A stretch of 62,571 nt of DNA, filler included, from Choristocarpus tenellus KU-1152 (taxonomy: Eukaryota; Protista; Phaeophyceae): assembly GCA_964200185.2 (NCBI GenBank). It is 15 parts of 15 records of this genome, joined end to end, with 100 filler letters (N's around TTAATTAATTAA, not from the genome) between each part and the next. Parts side by side here need not be neighbours in the genome. Positions count along the whole stretch, not along the records: positions 26,866 to 29,858 come from CAXNAD020023077.1; positions 29,959 to 34,864 come from CAXNAD020012580.1; positions 34,965 to 39,136 come from CAXNAD020015856.1; 12 more parts are not named here. The stretch is one strand, 5' to 3'. The notes below the pieces were generated by a model. That model made no database searches. It was not told where the DNA came from and saw only the letters and a program-made list of their open reading frames with translations. Positions 27,663-39,136 of the stretch are shown piece after piece (position 1 is the stretch's first letter; each line of letters starts with the position of its first letter). The translations under genes were made by a program, and so were the position numbers.

Positions 27663-28026
27663 AGACCACATACACACTACCGCGAACGCAATAAAAAAAC
27701 AAAGACGCCTCACACGCCACTACAAAACCCCAACATAGCAAATACAATGTAACACCACCACGCAAAGAAAAAGAGACTGCAAAAAAAAAAACGCTATACA
27801 AACCACCCACGAGCGTTAACATTAAAAAAAAACAAGAAACGACACGCCTCAAACACAGCCGTTCAAACAAACAAAAAAAAGTTTTTAAATTTAAATTTAA
27901 TGTTAGAAAGAAAGAAAGAAAGTAAAAAAAAGCACCACAACAACAGACAGGTCTCACATTCGTGACTTCCACCACACATCCACCGTTTCCTAAGGAAGGG
28001 TGAAGTGAAAGCCCTGTGGGAATCAC

Positions 28027-28272
28027 CTCTTCCCCCACAGCATGCCTCAGTGTGGCATCGTCCAGATCCATCCAGTTCTTCCTGGTAGAGTACCACCCCC
28101 CTTCCACCCTCCTTAGAAACTCCTCCAGCCAGTCCAATAGGTTGCCATCACCACCACTGTACCCGCCTCCATCTAACGCCAAACCTGATGACCCTGAACC
28201 TCCGCCTTGGTCAGGGGCTCCGGCACCACTGCTGGCGGTTGACAAATTAAGGTACAGTTGAAACATGACGGC
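28027..28272 (-). CDS. Isolated 246-bp internal exon of an unidentified gene (possibly SMI1/KNR4-domain or F-box/ApaG-like)
   Basis: GC-rich island in AT-rich sequence with a polypyrimidine-TAG acceptor and GTGATT donor, length divisible by 3. Reads AVMFQLYLNLST...LLDWLEEFLRRVEGGWYSTRKNWMDLDDATLRHAVGEE. The family guess rests only on the WLEEF..R.E.G.Y pattern. Confidence 0.55.
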
Positions 28273-28931
28273 CTACGGTAGAAAAATAAATAAATGTATA
28301 TATACTATAAATACATTACATACATGCGCTAAATATTCTGAACAAGCAACATTTTTCTTATTAAAAACACAATACAATTTATAATTGTTCGGTTTCAAAT
28401 AGAGTTGAGACTAATTATTATTTTAAAATCATACGACAATCTCATACACAGTTACGATGCGTAAGAAACCTCACAGAAAAAAAGAGAAAAAACAGATTAA
28501 AAAAAATATATATATATATATGTATATATATACATATGTATCACAAAAGTAACAAAAAAAAAGGCGTCTCGATGCTTACAAAATCACACAACAAAAAAGA
28601 TCAACAGGAACAAAAAAATCGCCTCTATACTTGGGGAGACCTATCACCAGCAACCACAACCCTAGGAAGAGAAGAGGCGAAGACAGCTCCACCATGACAT
28701 CACAAGACACACACAAACACAAGCATCAACACCAAGAAAGCACTACCAAACGCAGACATGCATACATACATACCACAGCGTATCTGGAAAAGGACAGGTG
28801 CATGACCGCCTGATATGGTGAAACAACTCTAGCGGTATCATCTCAGTATCTGACCAAATCAATTGAGATCAGGGTTCCTACCTGACTCAATACATTACCC
28901 ATCACCCCACTAGTACCGTGCTCTCCCTGAG

Positions 28932-29262
28932 TAGTCATCTTAATCTTCGCCTTTCCCATCCCGTCAAGTCCACTACAGTGAATGAACCCTTTTCCCTCCC
29001 TGCCCATATAGTTGTGTTTTTCCTGTAGGAGTGAAAAAGAAAAGCACAGCCGAGACTCGAACCTACCACCTCACCAGTCATCTTAATCTTCGCCTTTCCC
29101 ATCAAATCCACCGGACTGAGTGAAACCTTTTCCCTCTCTACCCATTCTTGCCCTTCCATTGTAGCGGTGAAAAAGAGAGGCTAAGCCGAGACTCGAACCC
29201 ACCAACCATCTCATAGAATTCCATCATCTGACATGCGAGGTACTCACCACTACGTTTCAATA
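28932..29262 (-). repeat. Tandem about 143-bp duplication containing a tRNA-derived (SINE-like) pol III B-box
   Basis: AGTCATCTTAATCTTCGCCTTTCCCATC at 28932 and 29076. GGTTCGAGTCTCGGC occurs on the minus strand at about 29050 and 29187, with an A-box-like GTAGTGGTGAGTAC near 29240-29253. Confidence 0.55.
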
Positions 29263-29986
29263 CGACTAGGTAGTCTTACTATAAATACAACACAGTGAGG
29301 TGATGGCACACGGAGTAACGGGGAGTCTGAACAGGAAGATTTGACCCCAACTACTGAACATTGAACATAGAAGGTTTGAAATGAACGTAATTGCTTCCAA
29401 CCCTTCAAACAGGTCAATAAAATGGGTCAGAAGTTAAACATTGTTTTTTTCCTACTAACTTGTCATCGATCGACTTACCCACTCACCCCTCCTACACCCT
29501 CCATAGATACAACACTATACTATATATATATTTTTTAATTATTAACCAAAACCGAAATGTTTTAAAAATGCTACTGATTGGTTCCGACATGTTTGTTCTT
29601 TTTTTCACAGTCACACACTACATAAAAAATTTCCTTGAAGGAATGCATAAACACCTTTTATTTACTGCTCTAGTGGCCCTATAGAGCAAACTCCAATGAA
29701 AAAAAAGAGAAAAATTTGAAGATCTCAAAACAAAAAAAAACACATTATACACATGTGTTGCTGGACCTTCCAATCGCCTCATGAAGTCACTACAACCTAT
29801 CTATAACTGGAGCTAACCCTACCTTCTCCCGTGACCCAAAGTATCTGGGAGGGGGGGGNNNNNNNNNNNNNNNNNNNNNNNNNNNNNNNNNNNNNNNNNN
29901 NNTTAATTAATTAANNNNNNNNNNNNNNNNNNNNNNNNNNNNNNNNNNNNNNNNNNNNCATGCAAGTGCACTTTTCCTGGTCAAGT

Positions 29987-30165
29987 GACCCAAAGTAGGG
30001 GGGGGGGGGGGGGGTCTACAGCATGGTGTCCATTTGGATCAAAATCAGAAAAAGTGCATTTACAGTAACCATCCGACGTATGCAATCAAATCACCCAAAA
30101 AATCGCGACATGAAAAAATTGACCCCAAAAGGACAGCCGCCACCCCCTTACAGATACTTTGGGCC
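29987..30165 (+). mobile_element. MITE family B copy nested in an oppositely oriented family B copy (29959-30222)
   Basis: TSD AAGT at 29983-29986 and 30166-30169; the joined flanks rebuild the other family B end. Confidence 0.9.
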
Positions 30166-30699
30166 AAGTCCCGAATAGACACTCTGGTGTAGACCCTTCC
30201 CCTCCCCCAGATACTTTGAGCCTCGTCTTGATGTCAGAAGATTTATCCGACACCACTCTCAGAAATATGACTGAGTACAAATGATTCCGATCCACAAATG
30301 AAGGAGTTAACTCCTAAATCTTTGATTCGTGAGGATGTACCCTAACGTATATGAATCAGATTTATGACAGGAATGGCCATTGATTCGTGGGAAATTGAGT
30401 TTTGTACCACAAATAGGATTTGGTTTCTCCAACATCTCCAGTTGCTTTTCTACAAAGGTTGTGCTGCCAGTGTTGTTCATTATTATGATTCTCACCTCAC
30501 TCTCTGAAAGATCTCCACTACCTCTGGCCTACCTATTGCCTCTTGATCAGAGGTCAAATTGCCAGCAGTGCATGCACCCTGCACTACTTCTTCTGCCCTG
30601 CCAACTACCTCTTTAATGGGAACTAATTGCACTGCTCTCTGGGTGCCTTGATTTTTTCTCGCGAGTTGGGTTCCGTCCTCCCTTGATCGTCGCTTCGCC

Positions 30700-31058
30700 T
30701 CGCTGATCCCTCAAATCTGTTCCTTTATGTATATACCTCTTCGGGATGGCCTCCGATTTTAAAACGGATTTTTGCGTTAGATTCCTCCGAAAATCTTACT
30801 TAGGAAGAGTTACATTTGAGAAACAAATATATCCCGAAATTGTTGTGAAAATGTGCAACAGAGTTCAAGTGGGCATAGGTCCACAACAAGGCACCGAATT
30901 GGTGGATTGACAGTGTTGAGTGAAAGTGAGGAAACCTATTCTGATGTTAAAAAAACCCGGCAAGGAATCCAACGAAAAAATCCGTTTTGAAATCGAAGGT
31001 CATCCCGAAGGGGTAGGTACATACACAAAGGAACAGACTTATGGGAGAGAGGGAGTAT
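30700..31058. mobile_element. Stowaway-like Tc1/mariner MITE (family C) with long imperfect TIRs
   Basis: 30712-30785 is the inverted repeat of about 30964-31041. The right terminus reads TACTCCCTCTCTCCCATAAG on the minus strand. Related arms occur at 36672-36778, 38590-38648 and 61999-62095. Confidence 0.7.
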
Positions 31059-31360
31059 GTATATATATGTGCGTGTGTGTTGTGTTGTAGACAGTAAGTT
31101 GGCTAGGTAGCTATCTTGCAGTTGAGGGAGAAGAAAGTACAATTCGTGCTCATTGTGTGTGGCACGTGGAAAAGGGATAGTCTCGTGGTCGTGATCTGAT
31201 GCTAATTTTTTGTGTTGCAATTTGGTTCCAATGGATGATGGTAAGGGACAGTCTTGTGATTGGAATCTGAGGTTCATTTCTTGACGCAGTTCGGTTTTTT
31301 ATTTGCATTTCTTCTTTGTGTTTCAGTTCCTACTCCCTGATGAGGATGTGAATCACAGAT

Positions 31361-31541
31361 GACCCAAAGTATCTGGGAGGGGGGGGTGATCTACACAAGG
31401 GTGTCCGTTTGGGTCAAAATCAGAAAATAATGTGCATTTACAGTAACCATCCGACGTATGCAACCAAATCACCCAAAAGCGCGACATGAAAAAATTGACC
31501 CCAAATGGACAGCCGCCACCCCCTCACAGGTACTTTGAGTC
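31361..31541 (+). mobile_element. MITE family B complete copy with 4-bp TSD AGAT
   Basis: GACCCAAAGTATCTGGG...CAGGTACTTTGAGTC with AGAT on both sides. Confidence 0.92.
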
Positions 31542-32259
31542 AGATTTCAAGCGTATGCATCACCGTATTCTTGCTTATTTTTTCTTTTTCATCAGAACTA
31601 TATTATGAAATAAGAATATATGGATATTATTATTATCATTGCAAAGTTTTTTTTAATTCCGATCTAAATCCTGTTTTGGTCGACCTCCATCTCGTCTGTG
31701 ACAATTTTTATACTATCCTCGAATCTGGTGCGTACTCCCTCTGCAAAGAATCTTCGCCATCACCGTCCAGATCTTTGAGTGGATCGCTTTTTATCTACCA
31801 ACAACCCTGTGATCGTAATAATAAGACCTTTCCACCAAGGTTCAGATTCACCAACACAGGGAAGATCGGGTATACAGGAAGTAGATGTACCGTCCGTTTT
31901 TGTTGTCACAGAATCCATCGAAATTTCAGATTCCTGAAATGAAAAATCTGACCTATTCGACTCAGGCATTATCTACCGTGGGACTGAAGCAATGGAAGAG
32001 AGGTAGTATCTGGTTTTGTGTTCCCAAATAGAAGAGATACAGAGCCCAAATTATCGCACAACTCATTTATTGGGGGGGGGTTCTCTTTAAAATAACATTT
32101 TCCACCAGATTTGGATACACATGTTGCTTTGACAGAAACTGGACTAACACCTCCAAGTAATAGACCACCTATACAGCGCCCCCCCCCAACTTGGGGGATG
32201 ATATCTAAAGTTTTAAATACTAAGATACCGACTACACCATACATAATAAGATCATCTCT

Positions 32260-32589
32260 ATATTTTTATCCTTTGACATTTTGTAGATGTGTCAGGGGGG
32301 AAACCAATGAAAACTATTCACATGTCAGTATAAGCCCCCCAAAAATAAAATATGTCACAACTAACGGTGAAAAACTTTTATTTACTATTTTACTACTACT
32401 ACCTATGTTGTACCACTGCCTTCCTGCGCCTCCAATCTACCTATTCCTATGCCTCAGAGTGAGGAGCTACGGAGGCATCCCAAGAATCCAACAATCCTCT
32501 CCGTGACCGCCTCCCTGGTGACTCCAGGTTAAAACGCACGACACGTCTAGACAGTGCCACATGCGTAGTTACTGAGACAATTTGGCGTG
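32260..32589 (-). mobile_element. 5'-truncated copy of the CRE-like element
   Basis: Reverse complement matches 38074-38395. Confidence 0.8.
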
Positions 32590-33376
32590 ATGATATAGGG
32601 GTATTAGTACCTTCGCCCTCTGTGGTTGTCCCGTCATAACTTTTGATGTAGACATCGGATTTAAAAAAAAAACATAATCGTGATGCCCGTCACAACCCTC
32701 CAGAGTACGGGCTTCGTGTTTTTTTCACCTTTTTTTCTTTTTTTTAAGAAAGAGCGCTCGATTGGGATTCGAACCCTGGATTGTAGGTGTCACCAAGAGT
32801 GGGAACAGATACATATTATTTGATCAAAGTACAGGGTTTAGATACGAAAAAGCCTCCCCACCCCCACCCTTTTTTTCTGTGTGTTCGCGTACCCACTCTT
32901 TGACCTCGGAAAGGATGTCCTCGTCGAGGCCCAGAACGAAACACCTCTCATAACGCCCTTGCTCCGACACCTTGATGTGACCTTTAGTTAGGAAGTCTCT
33001 CTCTCCTATCTACTCACAGTTTCCGCCCTGACCATCGCATATCCTGCTGCCATCTCGAGCGCCACTTGACGGTCTTTCCAGGTACTGAATTCACTGTGTT
33101 AGAGCCTTAACTATCGCATTTCCTAGTTGAGCGCCCGAAATGGGCGTCCTCCGTGTTTCCTGGGTAGGTGATATTTTATCATTAAAGCGCAAGGGCGAGG
33201 GAGGACAGGCTTGAGTGATCGAAAATTGTGTTGATTTCTAAAATGAATGCAGGCGGGGAGGAAGCCTTAATCAGCTTTATACGTCCAACCCCAAGTCCAG
33301 AAACAAAGTGAATGTATGGCATCTTGCAAGAAGTGGGAGACAACAAACCATCGGTGTGCAAATAGTCTCAATCTCA

Positions 33377-33914
33377 CCTCCTCTTCTTCCCTGGCGCCCT
33401 CGTCGATGGCTACCTCCACCTACTTCGCGACCTCTTCGAAGTAAAGAATTTGGTGGTATCGAAAAGTCTCCACAGCTGCCTTTGTTACGATCGCTTTCTC
33501 CTCCACCTGGCGAGCCCTTTCGACCTTCTTTCGGGCATCAGAGCCCTTGTGGCCCAACCCTAACACCTTCTTTCTCGTTTCCTTAAACCACTCCGGCTCG
33601 TACAGCTTCCAAATAAACAGGGCCTGCTGCAGCTGTCGTCTACTAAGATATTCTACACTCGGGTTTTCACTTAGGCGTTTCCTGAGCGCAATGGCACGCA
33701 GTCACACTGCTCCCTTCCGCAACCTTCCCTTCGGGCGGCCACCCCGGTTTTCCCTTCGCCTGTCGTGAGCAGGCTTCCCCGCAGACTTCGTCACTGTACC
33801 TCCTGGTGATGGACTCGCCACTCTCTTCCTGCTTTCCCGAGGAGGCAGATACTGCAGAGGAGTGCTCCGACGTGGTTGAAGATCCAACCACTTTTGTCTG
33901 GTAATGCTTTCCAT
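33377..33914 (-). pseudogene. Decayed ORF with an AT-hook-like motif
   Basis: A single frame of about 180 codons with two stops, containing RGGRPKGR followed by a charged helical segment. Confidence 0.4.
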
Positions 33915-34707
33915 GCATCTTCTCTCAGCGTCAGCGTCGCGGCCGCGTGATCCAATTGCGCGATTTGATCATGCTACTGCGCCACACTACTCGCACTTAC
34001 TCGTCACCTAACATTGCACTGAGTGTCACACGGTACTTGCTTTTCCGTCGCCTCTGGACAGAGAAGGCGCTGAGAGTAGATCCAGGAGGCAGAGTGGCCT
34101 AGGCGGCTCTCCTTGTCTCACGTCGTGGTTCATGTTGCTGTGTGGGTCACGCGTGTGTGTGCTCACAGAAAGCCTGCAAATGGAGCGAAAGATGTCCGTG
34201 ACTCTTGGTTTTTTTCTCGGTATCACCATACGCGTCAAACTTGGGCAGCGACGTACCCCGGATCAATATTTTGCGAGGAGTTCAGCCAAAACCACTTCAT
34301 TTTTGCCCGTTTCGAAGTTGTAACCTTCAAACTTGTGCTGGAGATGTTCCCCCGCGTTTTCCGATTTTTTCATGGGGATATAGCTGCCGTTCCCCGAAGC
34401 CTGGACATTCATAGATACAAACCTTCGAAAGCGCTTGTCATACGCTTCGATTTGATATTGTTGTTGTGTAACTCTTGTGGCGATAAGGCGAAAAAAAGCA
34501 AGATTACCACTTAGGGCGAAACTACTGGTACCACTTTAGGGCAGAATTCGAACTACGAACTCGTAACCACACCAAGTAAGGATGGTACGCATTTTCACAG
34601 GATCGTGAAAAAAAAAAGAAATAAGAGAAACACAAGAAAGGTTCTCCATTTCCACAATTTCTTGACCTTTTTCTTTCAATCCTTGTGTAATACACCTGAG
34701 TCAGATC

Positions 34708-34864
34708 GTAGGAAGTACTTCAGAGTACTTCTTAGCAGGTGAGGGTAACCCTTGTTTCCATGAAGTAATCTGAGTTTTACGGGTGGGAGAATTCTGGTAG
34801 GAACGACGGTAGGAAGTACTTTAGAGTACTTCTTAGCAGGTGATTGTAACCCTTGTTTCCGTGA
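34708..34864. repeat. Direct repeat, period about 100 bp, truncated by spacer
   Basis: GTAGGAAGTACTT.AGAGTACTTCTTAGCAGGTGA..GTAACCCTTGTTTCC.TGA occurs twice. Confidence 0.85.
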
Positions 34865-35924
34865 NNNNNNNNNNNNNNNNNNNNNNNNNNNNNNNNNNNN
34901 NNNNNNNNTTAATTAATTAANNNNNNNNNNNNNNNNNNNNNNNNNNNNNNNNNNNNNNNNNNNNCCCCCCAGATACTTTGGGCCACTCCCAATTGGATCC
35001 TGATATCTTGCTGAATATTTATGCGCATGCCACTAACAACCATATTCTATTATTTGAGCTTCGCTGCTCTGTTATTCTGGCTCCATCTACACCTCCTACA
35101 CACTTAACGTGCCAATAGGGCTTAGCATTCTGCTAATTTTGAACTCCATAGCAACAGAAAATATTAATGACCGACAAAGGCATACAAACACCCTCACAGA
35201 GAAAGGAGGACCAAATATATCGGGTTAGAATAAGTGATCGTTCAGTCCTATTTATACCACTTTGAAAGCAATACAGTTAATAGTGGAATGAGAGATCCAG
35301 CGTATTGTACAGTATTTCCTTTATGTAGCCCTCTATGAGCCTCATCTCACCCTACAGGCTTGTGGATTGGAACTATATATCCCATCATGGTAAGTTTGTA
35401 AAGTATTTTGTAACAAACATGGTAGAGGGTAGACCTCTTGAAGCTCAAGCATGTATCTACTCTCTCCCACGTTTGCATGCAAAACTGGATGTACTTAGGC
35501 AGTAAGACATTTTAATCTCACTTTACAAGTCAAAATACAGAATGGTCCTGACCCTTCTCTCCAGTCAGCTGTTGAACTGTTGTAAACCTCTATTCCTCTT
35601 CTCACGTACAGCGGCCCCCAATCGTCATATACCTCTAGACCAACTTGTGCCATTGTGCCAGAAGTTTTACATCAAGCCCTAACCTGAGGGTGATTCTACC
35701 TCAATCTCCCCTTCGAAGATAGTCTTCCTGTGTTTGAGTTTGTAGATGTTTTTGGTCAATATTATCTGTTTCTTCCCTCGTCATGTTCATGTGTGCACAT
35801 GACCCTACGTATCACTCTTTGGGTTAATTCCTTTGTTGTGCTTTCAACCTTTTGTAAACCCATAGTTGAATAATTGTTACAGCACGCTCCAGAACTCACC
35901 TCCACAGGATGTGCAACTCAAATC

Positions 35925-36209
35925 CAACGACCTTAAAACGACATTATGTGGTGGTCCACAGATGATGACCACGTATGGTGCTAGTTGATGCTTAGCTCAG
36001 TCGATGTTTCGCTTTTCGCTTTATCAAAAGATGGTAAGGATCAAAGTACTGAGTCGTGTGGTCAAAAACAACGACCTTAAAACGACATTATGTGGGGGTC
36101 CACAGATGATGACCACGTATGGTGCCAGTTGATGCTTAGCTCAGTCGATGTTCTGCTTTTCGCTTTATCAAAAGAGGGTTAGGATCAAAGTACTAAGTCG
36201 TGTGGTCAA
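35925..36209. repeat. Tandem duplication, 144-bp unit, 2 copies
   Basis: Near-identical units starting CAACGACCTTAAAACGACATTATGTG at 35925 and 36069. Confidence 0.95.
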
Positions 36210-36671
36210 CAAGTCAGCCTTTTATTTACGTCGTTCACCGTTTTTCGACTGCCAAAGAGTAAATGGAAGTCTGCAAACTGCGGTGTAAATATTCCAATCA
36301 ATTATCTTTATTCTGCAACTTGTAGGAATTGACGTCTATTCTGTAAGGTTATGTACGCATTTCGAATCTTACCCTGCGTCTTCTATCAATTCAAAGTTCC
36401 TCTTACATGAATTCTTACGTATGTATACTGTTCGCACATTTTGGCACGCAGAAATAAATGCTAGCACTATTCGCCTGAAACAGAAAATCCTCCTTGCAAA
36501 ATCAATATGGGAACTTTCATTGTCTGGTACTCCACTTTTTTCGTACCATCCTGCAGAACTCTATATTCGTGATGATCTCTGTAAACTCAAGGAGGACAAT
36601 CTGTCAGTTATACTGAACTCTCCAGGTTTATCCTCCTCCCCACCGAAAGAAAAGACCCAAAGCAGACCTCG

Positions 36672-36778
36672 TACCCCCTCTGTCCCATAAGTTTGTTCTT
36701 TTATGCATGGAGGTCTCTGGGATGACTTCCGATTTCAAAACGGATTTTTGCATTGGATTCCTTGACGTTTTTTGTTAA
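36672..36778 (+). mobile_element. Family C (Stowaway-like) MITE arm
   Basis: TACCCCCTCTGTCCCATAAG...GGGATGACTTCCGATTTCAAAACGGATTTTTGCATTGGATTCC matches the arms at 30.7-31.0 kb. Confidence 0.7.
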
Positions 36779-37379
36779 TAGCTTAATCGAATGCATCGTA
36801 CGTTTGAATAAATTGCGTAGTCTATATTGCGAAGAGAAGTCATAGTGCTGCAAAGCACAGATGTATTTGATCTGTTGTAACTGAGGTCATTGATCGCCCA
36901 ATCAAGAATGATGATGTGAATTCATTGTTCTTTCTTAAGATACTCAACGAAAAAAATCATGCTCTGTGCTTGTTATCTTGGCGGGCAAGGGTTTCTGTGG
37001 ATGGTTTAACTCTGAATATATAGCACCCAGGCATGCATCAGGTACACTTCTTGTAGAGTGAGCTTGGTGCATAATGAGGGGGCAATGACAACCAAGAATG
37101 AAATAATAATAAAATATTAACGTACAATTTGGGACTTTTGCTGCTAAGAAAAAGCAAGAACGTTATAACAAAAGGCAGATAACAGAACAACAGAACAAAC
37201 TTTCATCAATGTGTGACCATACTATTCCCCTGTCTGGCATGTGGAGCGACTGTTCCGTACTGCAGTGTTCTGACATTAATTGATGTGGTGATGATGAACT
37301 AGTGAGGATAACGTTCAGTGCGTAACAGACCAAATCAACAGTCAGTATTGACTGGTGGTCCTGTTTGGTATGAAGAAAA

Positions 37380-38398
37380 ACCAATGAGCAGGCTAGCGCG
37401 CCACCGGAGCTAGTGTGGACAAGGGGCAAATGCTGGGCCTCAACTCAACCTCTGGAACCAGTATGCCAGATCCCCCCCCTTTAGAATTCAAGCTCACAGT
37501 CAGCGGATCCCTAGGAAGGGAGGAGGCCCTATCCAACAGGTGTCTAGTGGCAGGGTGCAGGAGGCAAAATGTTGATACCAGATATGCCCGTACCTGCCCC
37601 AGGGCAGGGGGACAGTTATGACAGCACACTTCAATGTTGAAACGCCTGCACCAACTATGCAAGGGGGTGGGCATCCCTTGCAATATGGAGGACGGTAGCC
37701 CTTTCACAGTGGACAGGAATCTCCGCGTGGATCTGGTGTTCCATGCAGAGGCACTAGTGGACGCCGGAGCAGTCCCCTACAGGGACAAAGGCCTTCTGCT
37801 AGATGTCACCTTCATAGAGGTGCAGGCAACATTCCAGCTAGCCCACTCATCGACCAGCAATGGTATAGCTGCTGCTGCAGCTGAGGCGCGAAAGCACACC
37901 CACCATGAGGGTTCCTTTGACCCTAGTAGTAATAACCTCAACACCTTCGCAGTGGAAAGTTTTGGGTGCCTCAGCAAGCAAGCAGAATGCTTCCTGGATG
38001 AGCTGGCTACTCAGATGGTAAGGGGGAGAGGAACGGGAGGATATGGCAGGAAAGGAGTAGTTAAATCCTGGTTACGCCAAATTGTCTCAGTCACTACGCA
38101 AGTGGCACTATCTAGACGTGTCATGCGTTTTAAGCTAGAATCATCAGGGAGATGGGCACGGAGGAGTTTATTAGATTCTTGGGATGCCTCCCTAGCTCCT
38201 CCCGGGGCACAGGTATAGGTAGATTGGAGACACAGGAGGATAGTAGTATAACATAGATAGCGGTGAAGTAACAATTGGATTAGGGTTTTTCACTTTTATG
38301 ACATTTTATTTCTTTAGGGCTTATACTGACAATGTGTACAGTTTCCATTGATTTCCCCCCTCTCACATCTGCAAAATGTCAATGGAAATAATAATACA
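37380..38398 (+). mobile_element. 3' portion of a CRE-clade (restriction-like endonuclease) non-LTR retrotransposon, decayed
   Basis: Degenerate CCHC knuckle CLVAGC..DTRYARTC.RAGG followed by RLE motifs RVDL...LLDVT...AEARK...FAVESFG...FLDEL (ORF 37634-38218), then a 3' UTR ending in TAA-rich sequence. Confidence 0.8.
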
Positions 38399-38648
38399 AA
38401 TGAGTAGGCTATGTTATAACATTTTTGCAGTAGAATATATCTTGAAGGTTCTTTGATCGTGAGTGACCTGGTCGAGGATGCTGGTGTCCACTCAAAATGA
38501 GCCGGATACGACCGTCTTTTGTGTTCCATATTTTCAGGACAATTGTGGGATATATATTTTCCAAAGAATACCTCATCTTAAGAAACCTTTTCCAAGGAAT
38601 TCAACGCAACAGTTCGTTTTGAAATCGGAGGTCATCCCAAAGAGGAAC

Positions 38649-39136
38649 TACCTCTGTGCCATAAGTCTGTGCCGCGTTGTCCATACCGTTTGGATATGAT
38701 GAAATTCATATCTGAAAGAAGAGGCCAAGTATCTTAGGGGGTAGGGCCGCGTCCATTTGGGGGCACAATCCAATGTTGCGATGTTGATGTAATTCTGGCT
38801 ATCGTGTTTGTTAGGAAGTGTCAATATCCGTGTTCCGGACACACCTTGTCATAACGTACACATTTTACCTACTCCGAAACATTTTGGAGTAGGAAAATGT
38901 CATTAAAACACCTATGGGAAGTCAAGCCCCAAATGGACAGACAGGACAAAAGTCGTACCCTCTAAGATACTTTTACTCAGAAGATTTAGAATCCTTGACG
39001 AATTTCTGGTTAGGGTGTCAGCTCATTTTATTATTATTACTCCCCATCCATCACAATTTTATCAGCCACAGAAAAAGCCTCCATGTCTACCTTCGGCGTG
39101 AGCTCAAGCTCACCAGACAACTGCCTCTTCCTTAAG
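38649..39136 (-). mobile_element. Second copy of the mariner 3' end, interrupted by MITE-A
   Basis: 38649-38720 plus 38983-39133 align with 57171-57384. Confidence 0.8.
38721..38978 (-). mobile_element. MITE family A copy with 4-bp TSD AGAA
   Basis: AGAA at 38717-38720 and 38979-38982; uninterrupted paralogous site near 57236-57258. Confidence 0.93.

Noticed and set aside
27346-28026. 3' part of the 306-aa ORF 27346-28266
   Set aside because: Read-through into T-rich intron and minisatellite sequence; only 28027-28272 looks exonic.
29170-29262. Functional tRNA gene
   Set aside because: A B-box is present but there is no acceptor stem or anticodon arm pairing.
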